A stretch of 64,000 bases of DNA from Endomicrobiales bacterium (GTDB taxonomy: Bacteria; Elusimicrobiota; Endomicrobiia; Endomicrobiales; CAWCFT01), in contig CAWCFT010000014.1 of assembly GCA_963794945.1 (NCBI GenBank), forward strand, positions 37,873 to 101,872, given 5' to 3'. Shown here one piece after another: positions 32,655 through 43,496 of this stretch (position 1 is its first letter; each line of letters starts with the position of its first letter). The notes under the pieces are model-generated. The model did not search any database. It was not told the DNA's origin and saw only the letters and a program-made list of their open reading frames with translations. A program made the translations under genes and the position numbers.

Positions 32655-33047
32655 CTACTTTAGTCCATAACCGATAAAACCATACAACAGTACGGTTAGC
32701 ACGATCAAGGTGACTACGACATAAGTTACATCCCTCTGGATGGCAAATCCGATAACAGAGAATATAACCCGAATTATCGGTGTAGCGATAAGCAGCAATA
32801 GTCCGAGTTGTATAATACCGTAACTTCTAAGCGCCATAGCGTTTGCAATGATGCCGGATAAACTCCTGGCATATGGCGCTGCTTGGTTAAAAGTGTGATA
32901 CTCTGGAAGTATATATGGATGACGAGCAAGATATAGTATTCCTCCAATCAATACGACCGTTGCCGCGGCAATAACGCCGATCTGCAGGATACGGCCAATA
33001 ATTGCTTCAAATTCTTCGTTGGTCAAGACTTCTTTATGAATAGCCAC
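32655..33047 (-). CDS. DUF1634 family membrane protein
   Basis: IIQLGLLLLIATPIIRV; adjacent to a TauE gene, as is typical. Confidence 0.75.
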   Translation of the reverse strand: MAIHKEVLTNEEFEAIIGRILQIGVIAAATVVLIGGILYLARHPYILPEYHTFNQAAPYARSLSGIIANAMALRSYGIIQLGLLLLIATPIIRVIFSVIGFAIQRDVTYVVVTLIVLTVLLYGFIGYGLK

Positions 33048-33881
33048 TTAAAATCTCCCCGCGAAACCGTTATAGATCATCTCCAGGCCCAGTGCAAGAA
33101 TAGCAAGCACAAATATTATTCGCAATAATTTCGATCTCGCTTCCTTAAGTATCCTTGCCCCGATCATAGAACCAGCCAGCACACCCAGCATGACAGGCAT
33201 TGCAAGCCCGGGCTCTATATACCCATTAACAAGATAAATGCCGGCGCTTGCCGCGGCGGTAACACCTATCATGAAATTACTGGTGGTTGTCGAAACCTTA
33301 AACGGCATACGCATTATGCGGTCCATCGCCAACACTTTTAGCGCGCCTGAACCGATGCCTAAGAGGCCTGAAAGGCCGCCGGCAACGAACATAACACCGA
33401 ACCCTCCGGGGACATTATGTACAGTATATGCCTTTTCGCCTTCTAGTGAAGGATAACTGCCGTTCATCCTCAGCCATGTTGTCAGCCTGTCAGGAATCTG
33501 GTTTATGTCTTCTTTAGGAGGCCTGCCCGCTGAATAGGCGGAATAAATCAGCACAACACCAAATATTATGGCAATAATAGAAGGCGCGAATAACACAGTT
33601 AACGAAGCGCCGATAATCGCCCCGATCGTCGTCGCTATCTCCAGGAACATGCCGGCCCGTATATTGCTAAAACCTTCCCTTACATACGCAGAAGCCGCCC
33701 CTGAGGAAGTGGCAATAACGGACACGAGCGATGCGCCGATTGCGTACCGGATATCCACACCGAAAACAAGGGTAAGCAGAGGAACAATAATCACGCCGCC
33801 GCCGAGCCCCGTCAAAGATCCGAGCAATCCCGCGAGTGTTGATCCTGTCAAAACCAGGAAAGTGAAAAGAAATATATTCAT
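33048..33881 (-). CDS. Sulfite exporter TauE/SafE family protein
   Basis: GLGGGVIIVP, GLLGIGSG, STTTSNFMIG. Confidence 0.88.
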   Translation of the reverse strand: MNIFLFTFLVLTGSTLAGLLGSLTGLGGGVIIVPLLTLVFGVDIRYAIGASLVSVIATSSGAASAYVREGFSNIRAGMFLEIATTIGAIIGASLTVLFAPSIIAIIFGVVLIYSAYSAGRPPKEDINQIPDRLTTWLRMNGSYPSLEGEKAYTVHNVPGGFGVMFVAGGLSGLLGIGSGALKVLAMDRIMRMPFKVSTTTSNFMIGVTAAASAGIYLVNGYIEPGLAMPVMLGVLAGSMIGARILKEARSKLLRIIFVLAILALGLEMIYNGFAGRF

Positions 33882-33889
33882 GCAATGTT

Positions 33890-34739
33890 TTATTCAACCA
33901 TCTTATGAATAACATTATTTTTACCGCTGCTTTTAACGTTATACATAATGGTATCCGTTTCCTTTATCATTGCGTCTATCGAATTAATACAACTGCGGTA
34001 TGTAATCGCTCCTATGCTGAACGTTACACCCCAATTGTTCTTCTTCATTTGCTCAATGAGGTTATCATGGATCCTGAGAATAATTTCCCTGGATTCATCG
34101 TAGCCAGCTTCAGGCAGCATGACTGACAAACTCATCGCCCCCTATTCTGGCAACTATATCGATCGTACGAATGGATTCATGAACTATTTTCGCCACCTCA
34201 CGCAAAAGCGCGTCGCCTTCTGCATGTCCCATGGAATCGTTTATCAACTTAAAGTTATCTATATCCATGTAAGAAACGGTTAATTCATAGTTATCTCTCT
34301 GAGCCCTTTCTAGTTCCCGGAAGGCAAGCTCATAAAAGGCCCTCGTATTTGCAATTCCGGTAAGCGGATCAGTTCGTGAAAATTCCCGCTCCTGCTGAAG
34401 AGCATTTCTTAAAGCAGGAAATACGTAGGCGATAATGAGGAACGGCAGAAGCCTTCCAAAGGCGTCCCAATAAAGAAGAAAAGAAGATATTGGCCTATGA
34501 TGTGAGTATATGTCATCAACTAGCAGCATCAGAACGCTTAAGATGGATACAATGATACCCTGACGCCTGTTTCCGTACCAGGAAGCAATAGATACCGGGA
34601 GCAGATAAAATACTCCGAACACTATCTGATGCCTGGTTAACAGACCTATACCTCCAAAAAGGAATACGAGGAAACACCCCAGAATGAAAATTTTCTTCTT
34701 TGAAAGTTTATTGAAAGACCTGGCAATTGCATTAATCAT
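33890..34739 (-). CDS. Membrane-bound diguanylate cyclase (GGDEF), frameshift near 34125
   Basis: Four TM segments, TDPLTG, DIDNFK.IND..GH..GD, RIGGDEF. Confidence 0.85.
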
Positions 34740-34988
34740 CTGTAGTTAGATTTCCCATATTCTGCCGTTTATTGAGACTTATTTTCTCTGCAAATACCAC
34801 AAACGGCAGAAAGATCCAAAAGATCCATCTGCCGTAGGTGCAAAAGCACACAACTTTACGAGAGTATTCTAAAACATTCTGTTTGATATTTCAAGCGAAG
34901 CATACCAAACATCTATTCACCGCAATATCAGTAAACCCGCAATTTTCCTTGTTTACGCATAGGCTGCCTTAATCCTGATACTATAGGA

Positions 34989-35660
34989 TCATCCCTTTTT
35001 CGGCATCTTCTTTGGGAACGTTATGGTTATACCGTCTTGTTTTGCGTCAATTTTTGCCTTTGAGGCATCTACGTTTGCCGGGACAGGAAGTATTTTCGTA
35101 ACATGCTCCTGCGCGGAAGAATAGCTTTCACTATTTTTTTTCTTCGATTCCTCGGTCTTTTTAGAATCGTACTCCATATCGATCCTCTTATCGTTAATGT
35201 CCACCTTAATGCTCCTGTTATCGACGTCCGGCATTTTAAAGCTCATAACCACACTGTCTTTTGTGTCGTTAACAGAAGAAGTTATACCGGACAGCTCGAA
35301 CTTTTGTTTGTACCAGTTATCCCAGCTTTTCCCGAATACGCTCTGTGTTTCTTTTTCAAATTTATTCATCATTCTATCACGGGATTCCTGAATTTGCTTG
35401 AATGGTTCCGCGCTGGCCTTAAAGAAATCGCTGTTGAAATACTTATCGAAGATCTTAGCCGTTTCAGCTTCATCCTTAACGATTTTTTTATCGATCTCAT
35501 CGGCCAGTTTATCTAAATCCGCAGGAACATTGCCCTGCGCCATAAAACCCGAATTTTCGGCCTGCTTGCCTTCATTTTTTGTCTTTGCAATTACGTGACT
35601 TTGATATAGAACTACCCCCGCCAGCAAAACGATTATAATGGCATAAATACTTTTTTTCAT
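34989..35660 (-). CDS. Hsp20/alpha-crystallin domain protein with N-terminal signal/TM segment
   Basis: C-terminal LPVPANVD...DGITITFPK. Confidence 0.7.
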   Translation of the reverse strand: MKKSIYAIIIVLLAGVVLYQSHVIAKTKNEGKQAENSGFMAQGNVPADLDKLADEIDKKIVKDEAETAKIFDKYFNSDFFKASAEPFKQIQESRDRMMNKFEKETQSVFGKSWDNWYKQKFELSGITSSVNDTKDSVVMSFKMPDVDNRSIKVDINDKRIDMEYDSKKTEESKKKNSESYSSAQEHVTKILPVPANVDASKAKIDAKQDGITITFPKKMPKKG

Positions 35661-35923
35661 GGAAATCTCCTTTATGTCGCGTCCCGCTTAAGCGGGACTT
35701 ACCTTCACTTCGTTCAGGTTGTTTCGGCTCGCAAGGTTTTTACAACTCGCCGAAACGCTCCCGGAGGGAAACGTTGTTTCCCTTCCGCGCTCAGAAAAGC
35801 AGCTAAACTGCTTTTTTTCGCTGAACCCTTCCAATAGGTAAACTTATTACTGTTTTCAGCCGCCGTCTTGTGGAACCCCGCATTTGCGATGGCTGCGGCT
35901 GGATATAATTCACCCCCTTCTGA

Positions 35924-36484
35924 TTATTTTACTTTTGTGCGTATTTTCAGCAACAGGTAAACATTGGTTAATGCCATAACGATTAACAGAAACCATAATA
36001 ACGCCAGGTAACGGGCGCTGAACATAATAAAAGAATTGCCTCTTCTTGGCTTGGAAACTACCGGGCCGCAGACCAGGTCGGGGCCGTAAAGGTTTCCGGG
36101 ACCGCCGTAAAAATCTCCTTTCAGGTAATGATAACCCATAAACCTGTGCACCACATTAAGCGAAGAAAGCCCTTTTTTCCCTATAATAAAACCATCAAAT
36201 ATCTCATGCTCGCGAGGATTAGGCGGCATGTTTTTAATCAAGGCTTCGCCTGTTTTTTCGAGCAGCCTGTCGCTTACCTTGTCAGGGTTTATCAGAAAAA
36301 CATTGTCCACTCCCTGCTCTTTTTTAATTTCCTCTATCGCAGCCTCTATGGAAGATGGATTTTGGATCTTTCTGATATCATTTTTCGGGCCACTGCCTGA
36401 AAAAGAAGAAACGGCAAAATACCCCAATAATAAGATTGAGGCAATAAATACGGCAAATTTGTTCAACTCGACCTTACCTTTCAC
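35924..36484 (-). CDS. Hypothetical membrane protein
   Basis: 186 aa ORF with N- and C-terminal hydrophobic segments. Confidence 0.55.
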   Translation of the reverse strand: MKGKVELNKFAVFIASILLLGYFAVSSFSGSGPKNDIRKIQNPSSIEAAIEEIKKEQGVDNVFLINPDKVSDRLLEKTGEALIKNMPPNPREHEIFDGFIIGKKGLSSLNVVHRFMGYHYLKGDFYGGPGNLYGPDLVCGPVVSKPRRGNSFIMFSARYLALLWFLLIVMALTNVYLLLKIRTKVK

Positions 36485-36633
36485 CTGAAAATACCCGTTG
36501 CATTTCTTTTAAGAGCATCAATTATTTCTTGATAATTCGAACTCATATTATTTTGCTTTCAAATCTCAGGTGACCCGCCGATGAGCCGCGGTCATTTTCA
36601 TTATTATTGCTTCACGACAGCGATATGTCTGTT

Positions 36634-38218
36634 TCATTTATATTTACTTCGTTCAACCACTATATCGTTATTGACCTTTTGAGCGCCGCCCTCGTAGGCG
36701 CACCTTGACGCCTTATTGAACTCAAACCAGCTGTTGACCTTGCCGGTGAGGGTCGCTGTGCCGTTGTTCACTTTTACGTCAAGATCGCTGTGGTTCAGCC
36801 AGGCGCTCCACAGTATATTTTCTTCTATATTCTCTTTTATCTCCCTATCGGTAAGGTAAGGCCAGGTAGAGTAGTAGTATGGCGCGTGAAACCCATCCCA
36901 GTAGGAATAGTAGGGCGTATAGTTCCAGTCGGGCTCATAGCTTAAATCGTAATAAGGCAGGCCCGGGTATCGGACCGCTATATTATTTTTCACGTTAAGA
37001 ACACCGTTCGTCCGCGAAGCGATATCATCTGCCTGCACCTTCTCATAATTTGTGTCCACTGTACCAGTGAGCGTTACAACGCCGTTCCTGGCTTTCACAT
37101 TAATATCATAGCCGTCCATAACCGCGTCACGCAGAAGAGCCAAAGAAACGCCGCGTGCAATATATTCATCTGTGGACTGGCTTACCGGACGGACTTTGAG
37201 CAAGTTCTTTACACGCCATACGCCTACGGTATTTCTGGCGTCCTGTTCGGCTGCACGCCTGGCTTTTAGATTACCCACTTCTCCGCTAAGCGTTATAATG
37301 GCATTGTCCACATCCAGCCTGATACTGAACGGTTTAACGCGTGGATCATACGAGAAGGCGTCGCTCACGGCCTGGCTGATCTGCCGGTCATTTTTGATCG
37401 TGCTTTCCCGCTGCGCCTGCAGCTTGTCCCACGGCTCTATCCTCAGGGCTTCCGCGTTCACCGAAAACACTCCGGCAGTCCATGCCAGCTCTATCGCACG
37501 GCTGCTGCGCCGCGCTCCCAACAACGCCGGTCAACGTCACTATACCGTCTTTGACTTTAGTGATTATCAAGCACTGTTCAAGCCATACGTCAATTGCGAT
37601 GGCATTTTTAACTTCCGCGGAGATAACCGCATCCGGGCGTTCAATCGTTGACTTCACGACAATGCCGTCTTTCACATCTTTTACACCCCTAACGCTTTTG
37701 GCGACGTCTAAAATGAGCTGTTTTTCCCGATAAGACTCCACCGTGCCGCCAAGCGTTACGCCGCCGTTTTTAACTTTCGGCTCGATCTTGTATAAACTTG
37801 TCGCCGCGTCATAAGACAATCCTAAGCTGATATCTTTTCTGATTTCCTCGTCCTGTCTTGCCGGAGCTTTTACCTCTACGGTATTGACAATGCCCCGCAC
37901 GCCGATAACAGTCTCAGCTATTTTTGCCGCGCGCTCTCTGTCTATAAGAGTGTTCGACGTGCCCGAAAGCGTGACAATGCCGTCTTTTACTTTTGTGTCG
38001 ATCAAGTTGTTCTGCAGCACCCCGTCGTTAATGAACATCTGGTCGACAGCATTCGTTATCTGCGTGTCTGTCATCGACTTTTGCTCTTTCGCCTCGGCCC
38101 GGCTGGCGGCTGACGCAAATCCTATGCAGGCGGCCGCAATAAGAATTGCGATCATTTTCTGACACGTTTGACGGCCGTTCGATTTGCTACCCGTTATTGT
38201 TTGTGTTTTATTTAACAT
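36634..38218 (-). CDS. Multi-BON domain periplasmic protein, frameshift near 37510
   Basis: Repeated D..I...V...V.V.DG.VTL.G.V motifs; signal peptide. Confidence 0.85.
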
Positions 38219-38469
38219 AAATTATCCTTTTTGAGCAGGTTATTTGACGACGTTTGAAAAGAGAATCAAATATTCATTTGCATCTTGTATTATTGGTTCG
38301 GAACCAAACACAACAACAGCAAACTAATATTACAATACACTTTTTCATATTAACATCAGCTTTATGAAAATAGTATAAATTTATCAACCCTTAAAGAATT
38401 ATCTGATTCAGCTTTCTGCTGACTTATTTCAGCATACTGCTCGCTTGTCAACTTATAAATATAGAAATA

Positions 38470-39876
38470 TCAGCTTAAATCTCTGATAATGGCCTGATAA
38501 AACTCGTTCCATTCTATAACGAAGCGCTGTAGGTTAATTTCTACAGGGAAAGTGCTGCCGTCTTTCCGTTTATTGATGGTTTTAAATATAAGGTTGCCTT
38601 TTTCTTCAAATATCTTGAATTTATTTAAAAATGCTTCTGAAGTTTCCGGAGCCTGCAGGTCTTTTAAAGTCATCTGCAACAGCTCTATTTGAGTGTACTG
38701 GTACGAACTGAGCGCTTTGTCATTCGCTTCTATTATCCGCAGATCTTTACTCAAAATGAGAATAATAACGTTTGCGTATCTTATAAGATAATCATATTTC
38801 TTTGCAATGGTCTTTCGCTCGACTTCCGTTTCATACTGTTTTTTGTAAATCATCCCTATCTGGCGGTACCACATAAACCACAGTATAGCTCCTGCTACTA
38901 AAATACTGCAAAAAACCAGCAGCGAGACTAGCAACTCCCTCCTCCTGACAGGAGCATAAACCTCTTCTTTGTCAATTTTTGCGATCAGTTTCCATTTTGA
39001 ATCAGGGATTGCTTTTATCGCTGCGACGACCCGATTACCCCGGTAGTTAAAGCCTTCCGTAACACCCTCGAAGCCTTGAGCGGCCATGGCCGCGGTAGAT
39101 TTATATTTATCAAGCGGAATGAAATATGAAAGCGCGGCATTCTGAAGAAATCTGAGTTTATTTAGATAGAGGACGATGTTCCCCTCTTTTCTCACTAACA
39201 GCGTTTCAAATGTCTTGGTTTTAACGGGCCAGGACTGTATGAACGGGTAAAGGAATTTGTTAGGATCAATTCTTAATATTATAAGGCCTATAACATGCAC
39301 TCCGGAGGTATAGTTTTCGATTACAGGAGCGTAGATATCAAGGTTTATTGTTTTATCAAACTCATTCCTGTACAGGTCGGATAATATTATTTCCTTATTT
39401 TTTATAGCCCTGGATGCAAGATCGTTTTCATACTTGCCAAGCGGTATGTTTTCACCGGTTTTACTCTTAAAGGCAATTTCTTTCAGTGACGTTGAATATA
39501 GAAATATACCATTATATTCCAGATAATCATAAAAATGCCTGACCCAACCATAAAACAGCTTATTATGTTCTTCTTTATTTTGGATTCTCAGAAGCTGGTT
39601 AATTTTATTAGAATCTTCAAATATTGGGACAAGTTTTGAGGCATCCCCCAAACGTTCGTTCCGCCAGTTGACTATCTGGTTGACTTTAAGCTCCGCAATA
39701 ACTGATAGTTCGTCTTTTCTCTGGTTTAGTATTTCGTTTTTACGGTCTTCAAAATAGATATAACCTAGCCCCGTTAATACAATAATGAGCAAAAAATATA
39801 CAATAAGAAGCCTGAATAATGAATTCCTGAGATTCGAGTCCGATGCTATTAAATTTCTCAATGTGTTTTTAGCCAT
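38470..39876 (-). CDS. Membrane sensor (TM-periplasmic Cache-like-TM-PAS) with no output domain
   Basis: Two TM segments; ends at the PAS/PAC terminus RKDGSTFPVEI...IIRDLS*. Confidence 0.7.
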   Translation of the reverse strand: MAKNTLRNLIASDSNLRNSLFRLLIVYFLLIIVLTGLGYIYFEDRKNEILNQRKDELSVIAELKVNQIVNWRNERLGDASKLVPIFEDSNKINQLLRIQNKEEHNKLFYGWVRHFYDYLEYNGIFLYSTSLKEIAFKSKTGENIPLGKYENDLASRAIKNKEIILSDLYRNEFDKTINLDIYAPVIENYTSGVHVIGLIILRIDPNKFLYPFIQSWPVKTKTFETLLVRKEGNIVLYLNKLRFLQNAALSYFIPLDKYKSTAAMAAQGFEGVTEGFNYRGNRVVAAIKAIPDSKWKLIAKIDKEEVYAPVRRRELLVSLLVFCSILVAGAILWFMWYRQIGMIYKKQYETEVERKTIAKKYDYLIRYANVIILILSKDLRIIEANDKALSSYQYTQIELLQMTLKDLQAPETSEAFLNKFKIFEEKGNLIFKTINKRKDGSTFPVEINLQRFVIEWNEFYQAIIRDLS

Positions 39877-39901
39877 TGTTGTCCCCTGGAATAAGCGATA
39901 A

Positions 39902-40471
39902 CTAATGACGCATTACATTATCACCCGGTAACACTTCAACAAACTCAAATGCGGGTGAATCCATGCAGTAACGCTTGTGTGCGGGAGGCGGGCCGTCGTC
40001 AAACACTTCTCCAAGATAAGCGCCGCACCTGGCGCAAAGCACCTGTGTCCGCATGCCTAATAGCGTGCGGTGATCATGCGAAACGACGTTCTTTTCCGAA
40101 ACTGGTGCAGTAAAGCTTGGCCAGCCAGAACCGGAATCATATTTCTGATCGGAGCTGAAAAGGTCTGTGCCGCAGCGGACACAACGGTATATGCCTTTTT
40201 TCTTGTTATTATAGTACTTATTCGCGAAAGGCTTTTCCGTGCCTCTTTTTACCGTTATTTTGTACTGCTCCGGCGTGAGCAGTTTCCCCCATTCGGCATC
40301 TGTCTTTATAATTATCGGCACTGTTATAAAACCTCTTTTTTCCACGTTGTAAATATTTACCGTACCTCCGGAGGACTTTACATCTCTCATTTTAGAAGAG
40401 TATATCGTTTTATAATACGCAAACATTATCACAACCACCACGATAAATGCCACGGTCATTATTAATTTCAT
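39902..40471 (-). CDS. msrB: Peptide methionine-R-sulfoxide reductase with N-terminal anchor
   Basis: GTEKPF, KYDSGSGWPSF, CARCGAYLG.VF.DGP, RYC. Confidence 0.9.
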   Translation of the reverse strand: MKLIMTVAFIVVVVIMFAYYKTIYSSKMRDVKSSGGTVNIYNVEKRGFITVPIIIKTDAEWGKLLTPEQYKITVKRGTEKPFANKYYNNKKKGIYRCVRCGTDLFSSDQKYDSGSGWPSFTAPVSEKNVVSHDHRTLLGMRTQVLCARCGAYLGEVFDDGPPPAHKRYCMDSPAFEFVEVLPGDNVMRH

Positions 40472-40824
40472 TTTTGCGCGCCTTGAAATTTTTAATTAAA
40501 AACTCAACAGTTTATTATAATTTATTAAGAGCTGCACCAACATTGCCGGATTACATAATAAGCTGACTTAATTCCGCAATTCAAAGCCAAATGGGAAGTG
40601 TCTCTTTTGAAAATTCTGCCAGTGACCCCTGATTCATTATAACTCTGCGATGTAACGTTCATACGTGTTTAATGTAACTTTAGTGCATCATTGTGTTTAT
40701 TTCATTGCATTACGAATGGTGTGCTGCGTTTGTAATGAGCGCAGTGAACTTCCGATAATATACTGGGATAGTAGAAATTGCTGGTATGGCCGGATAAGGA
40801 TACGATAGGGCAGTTCGGATGTGA

Positions 40825-41613
40825 TTAAATAGCGGGAGAGTTCCCGTTATTTTCTCTCGATGATCGTCTTCTTAATTGAAATATAACAATCCCCGCGATA
40901 ATCAACAGAAGAGAAAACAATTGGCTTGGCGAAAGATGTGCCACGAAACCGCCCCGGTCATCGCCGCGCAGGAATTCTATGCAGAAACGCACAATACCGT
41001 AGAGGATAAGATACCAGGCAAAAGTCAGGCCTTCAGCATGTTTCTTCCGGTTATGGAGGTCCAACAGAATAAAAATGATAAGCATGCTGGCCGCTTCGTA
41101 CAACTGTGTCGGATGCAGTGAGATATTCAAAGGCGCCAGGGAATTCTTGTTCGAATAAGTAACCGCCCATGGTGCGCACGTCTCCCGGCCATAGCAACAA
41201 CCGGCGGAAAAACAACCTATACGCCCAAAACAGTGTGAAAGAGACAATGCCGGGGCGAACACATCGGCAACTGTCCATAATCGCAATTCCTGGTGAATAC
41301 GGGTAAATAATATAACTGCCAGCAATCCCCCGGCGAATCCACCATAAAACACAAGCCCGCCTTCCCATATTTTGAAAATATCCATTATATTATGAGAGTA
41401 ATATTTCAAATTGAGAAGCACGTAGGTCAACCGGGCAGCAATCAGCCCTGAAACAACGGCGTATAACAGCATATCTAAAATACGTTTTTCGGGAACAGCA
41501 TATCTGCGCAAGTATTTTAGAATGTATTGAAACCCCAAAAACATACCGAGCGCGATCATCACGCCATACGTATGAATAGTCAATGGCCCTAATTTGATAA
41601 GAATCGGTAACAT
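40825..41613 (-). CDS. lgt: Prolipoprotein diacylglyceryl transferase
   Basis: GGLVFYGG, GRIGCF, HPTQLYE, RFCIEFLRGD. Confidence 0.92.
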   Translation of the reverse strand: MLPILIKLGPLTIHTYGVMIALGMFLGFQYILKYLRRYAVPEKRILDMLLYAVVSGLIAARLTYVLLNLKYYSHNIMDIFKIWEGGLVFYGGFAGGLLAVILFTRIHQELRLWTVADVFAPALSLSHCFGRIGCFSAGCCYGRETCAPWAVTYSNKNSLAPLNISLHPTQLYEAASMLIIFILLDLHNRKKHAEGLTFAWYLILYGIVRFCIEFLRGDDRGGFVAHLSPSQLFSLLLIIAGIVIFQLRRRSSRENNGNSPAI

Positions 41614-41625
41614 ATATTTTTTATT

Positions 41626-42234
41626 TTATTGCAGCAACCTGAGTTCAAGAAGCAATATTTCTGCCTCCTTGATTCCTTTCACCATATGAGCATCTATCCC
41701 CAAAGAACGCGCGGCAGTTACGTTTTCCTTATTGTCGTCTAAAAAGAGTATCTGCTCCGGCGGCAGATTTAGTGTCGTAATAACGTGCCTGTATATTCTA
41801 TGATCGGGCTTTATAAATCCGATTTTATGTGATGGGAATGTCTGATGAAAGCATGCAAGGATGCCCAGTGTATTGCACCGTTCCCAGAGAAGCTCGTTTG
41901 TATTTGAAAGAGCTCCAAGCACATAATGCGAAGAAAGCTTTCGCAGAAGCTCAGTTGCACCAGGATAAATTGCTTCAAAACTAAGCGAGAGGTCTGCGAG
42001 GTATTCTTTCACAGTCACACGCAGGCCAAGTTCTCTGATGATACCTTCCGCAAATGATTCCGGAGACATCTTGCCTGTTTCAAACTTTTTTACCAGCTCC
42101 GAATGAATCCACCAATTCCAGAACCCAAGGCGGTCAAGCCGCCCCTCTAGCCAGTCAAGAACCCTGAGCTTTTCGCGGTGCTTTGCAAGAACACCGCCCA
42201 AATCAAAAATGATCGCCTTATAACTTTTATTCAT
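41626..42234 (-). CDS. HAD family phosphatase
   Basis: FDLGGVL, LSNTN, KP, FLDD. Confidence 0.85.
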   Translation of the reverse strand: MNKSYKAIIFDLGGVLAKHREKLRVLDWLEGRLDRLGFWNWWIHSELVKKFETGKMSPESFAEGIIRELGLRVTVKEYLADLSLSFEAIYPGATELLRKLSSHYVLGALSNTNELLWERCNTLGILACFHQTFPSHKIGFIKPDHRIYRHVITTLNLPPEQILFLDDNKENVTAARSLGIDAHMVKGIKEAEILLLELRLLQ

Positions 42235-42844
42235 AACGAGCAATGATCGTTTCGCCTCCAACCACCGTTTCCCCTACCCGCACAGTTACCTGCGCAGTTG
42301 ATGGCAAGATAATATCCACTTGCGAACCAAACTTGATAAAACCTATCTTTTGTCCCTGCGTAAGGATTTCTTTCGGTTGTACCCATGAAACGACCCTTCT
42401 GGCAAGGATACCGGCGATTTGTTTTATTACAATATCCCCTTTGGTGGTCTCAATGGTAAATATATTCTGTTCGTTGAGCATATGAGCGGACTTATTCATC
42501 GCAGGCAGGAATTTCCCCGGAACATACTCTACGCTTTTCACATTTCCGGCGCAAGGAGAGCGCTGCAGGTGCACGTTGAACACCGAAAGGAATATGCGCA
42601 CGGTCTTCTTACCGCCTTCTTCGGTAATTTCCATTATAGTGCCGTCCGCGGGCGATACAAAATGGTTATTCCCTAAATTCAACGTACGCTTTGGATCCCT
42701 GAAAAAATACGCACAGAAAAGCCCTATGGCAATAAGCGTAACTCCCGGAATAAATACAAACGGGCTTATGCCAAATGCAAGGAATATGATTCCAATAAGG
42801 ACTGGTATGCCTATAAATGGGATTCCATCTTTCAAGATACTCAT
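42227..42844 (-). CDS. psd: Phosphatidylserine decarboxylase proenzyme
   Basis: FFRDP, SPADG, NVH, KFGSQVD. Confidence 0.9.
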   Translation of the reverse strand: MSILKDGIPFIGIPVLIGIIFLAFGISPFVFIPGVTLIAIGLFCAYFFRDPKRTLNLGNNHFVSPADGTIMEITEEGGKKTVRIFLSVFNVHLQRSPCAGNVKSVEYVPGKFLPAMNKSAHMLNEQNIFTIETTKGDIVIKQIAGILARRVVSWVQPKEILTQGQKIGFIKFGSQVDIILPSTAQVTVRVGETVVGGETIIARYE

Positions 42845-42866
42845 GATTGTTTTCGACGTTTCACCA

Positions 42867-43070
42867 CTATTGTTGGAGCATTAGACCGTTAGGCATCATA
42901 TCATCAGAAGGGGGCTGGCCGTGTTCCTTGCGGTACGCCTTTCGCGCACATTCATTCATTTGTTCTCCCTTGCAATATAATCCGATGAAGCCTTTACAAG
43001 CAAGTTCTTTTGTGTCTTTATACTTCTTAAAAAAACCACACTTCTCAAGCAACTCACACTCATTTTCCAT
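42867..43070 (-). CDS. Small Cys-rich hypothetical protein
   Basis: RBS GAGGAGG; four Cys; C-terminal MMPNG. Confidence 0.6.
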   Translation of the reverse strand: MENECELLEKCGFFKKYKDTKELACKGFIGLYCKGEQMNECARKAYRKEHGQPPSDDMMPNGLMLQQ

Positions 43071-43111
43071 TACGTCCTCCTCAAAAGACACTTTAGATAG
43101 TGCATCCTTTT

Positions 43112-43480
43112 TTAATGACAGCCGCCGTGCTGGGCACAGGCGTTATCAACTGTTATTTCTTCAAGCCCGCCCTTTTTGAATTGAGCCGCTATATCCGCCA
43201 CGGTCCCTGCAACAGCCCTGTAGGCCTTAATACCGCCCTCGTTTATTTTCTGAACAGCGCGCATACCCATGCCACCGGATACAACAGCATCTATTTTCTT
43301 TCCGGTCAACGAACCCAATGGGTTGCACATACCATGCGCATGTTCCTGATTTGAATTGTCTATTATTTCAACCGCATCCTTGTCCGTGTCATAAATCGTA
43401 AAGTATGGGGCGCTGCCAAAATGTCCGTAGACCTGCGCGTTTTTTCCGTCTTTTGTTTCTGTTGGGATACAAATTCTCAT
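43112..43480 (-). CDS. NifB/NifX family (Nitro_FeMo-Co domain) protein
   Basis: GHFGSAPYF, GGMG. Confidence 0.85.
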   Translation of the reverse strand: MRICIPTETKDGKNAQVYGHFGSAPYFTIYDTDKDAVEIIDNSNQEHAHGMCNPLGSLTGKKIDAVVSGGMGMRAVQKINEGGIKAYRAVAGTVADIAAQFKKGGLEEITVDNACAQHGGCH

Positions 43481-43496
43481 ATACTTACCTCCCGTG

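Noticed and set aside
43112..43480. Nitrogen fixation locus
   Set aside because: A stand-alone NifB/NifX-like protein with DUF134 is common in non-diazotrophs; no nifHDK is present
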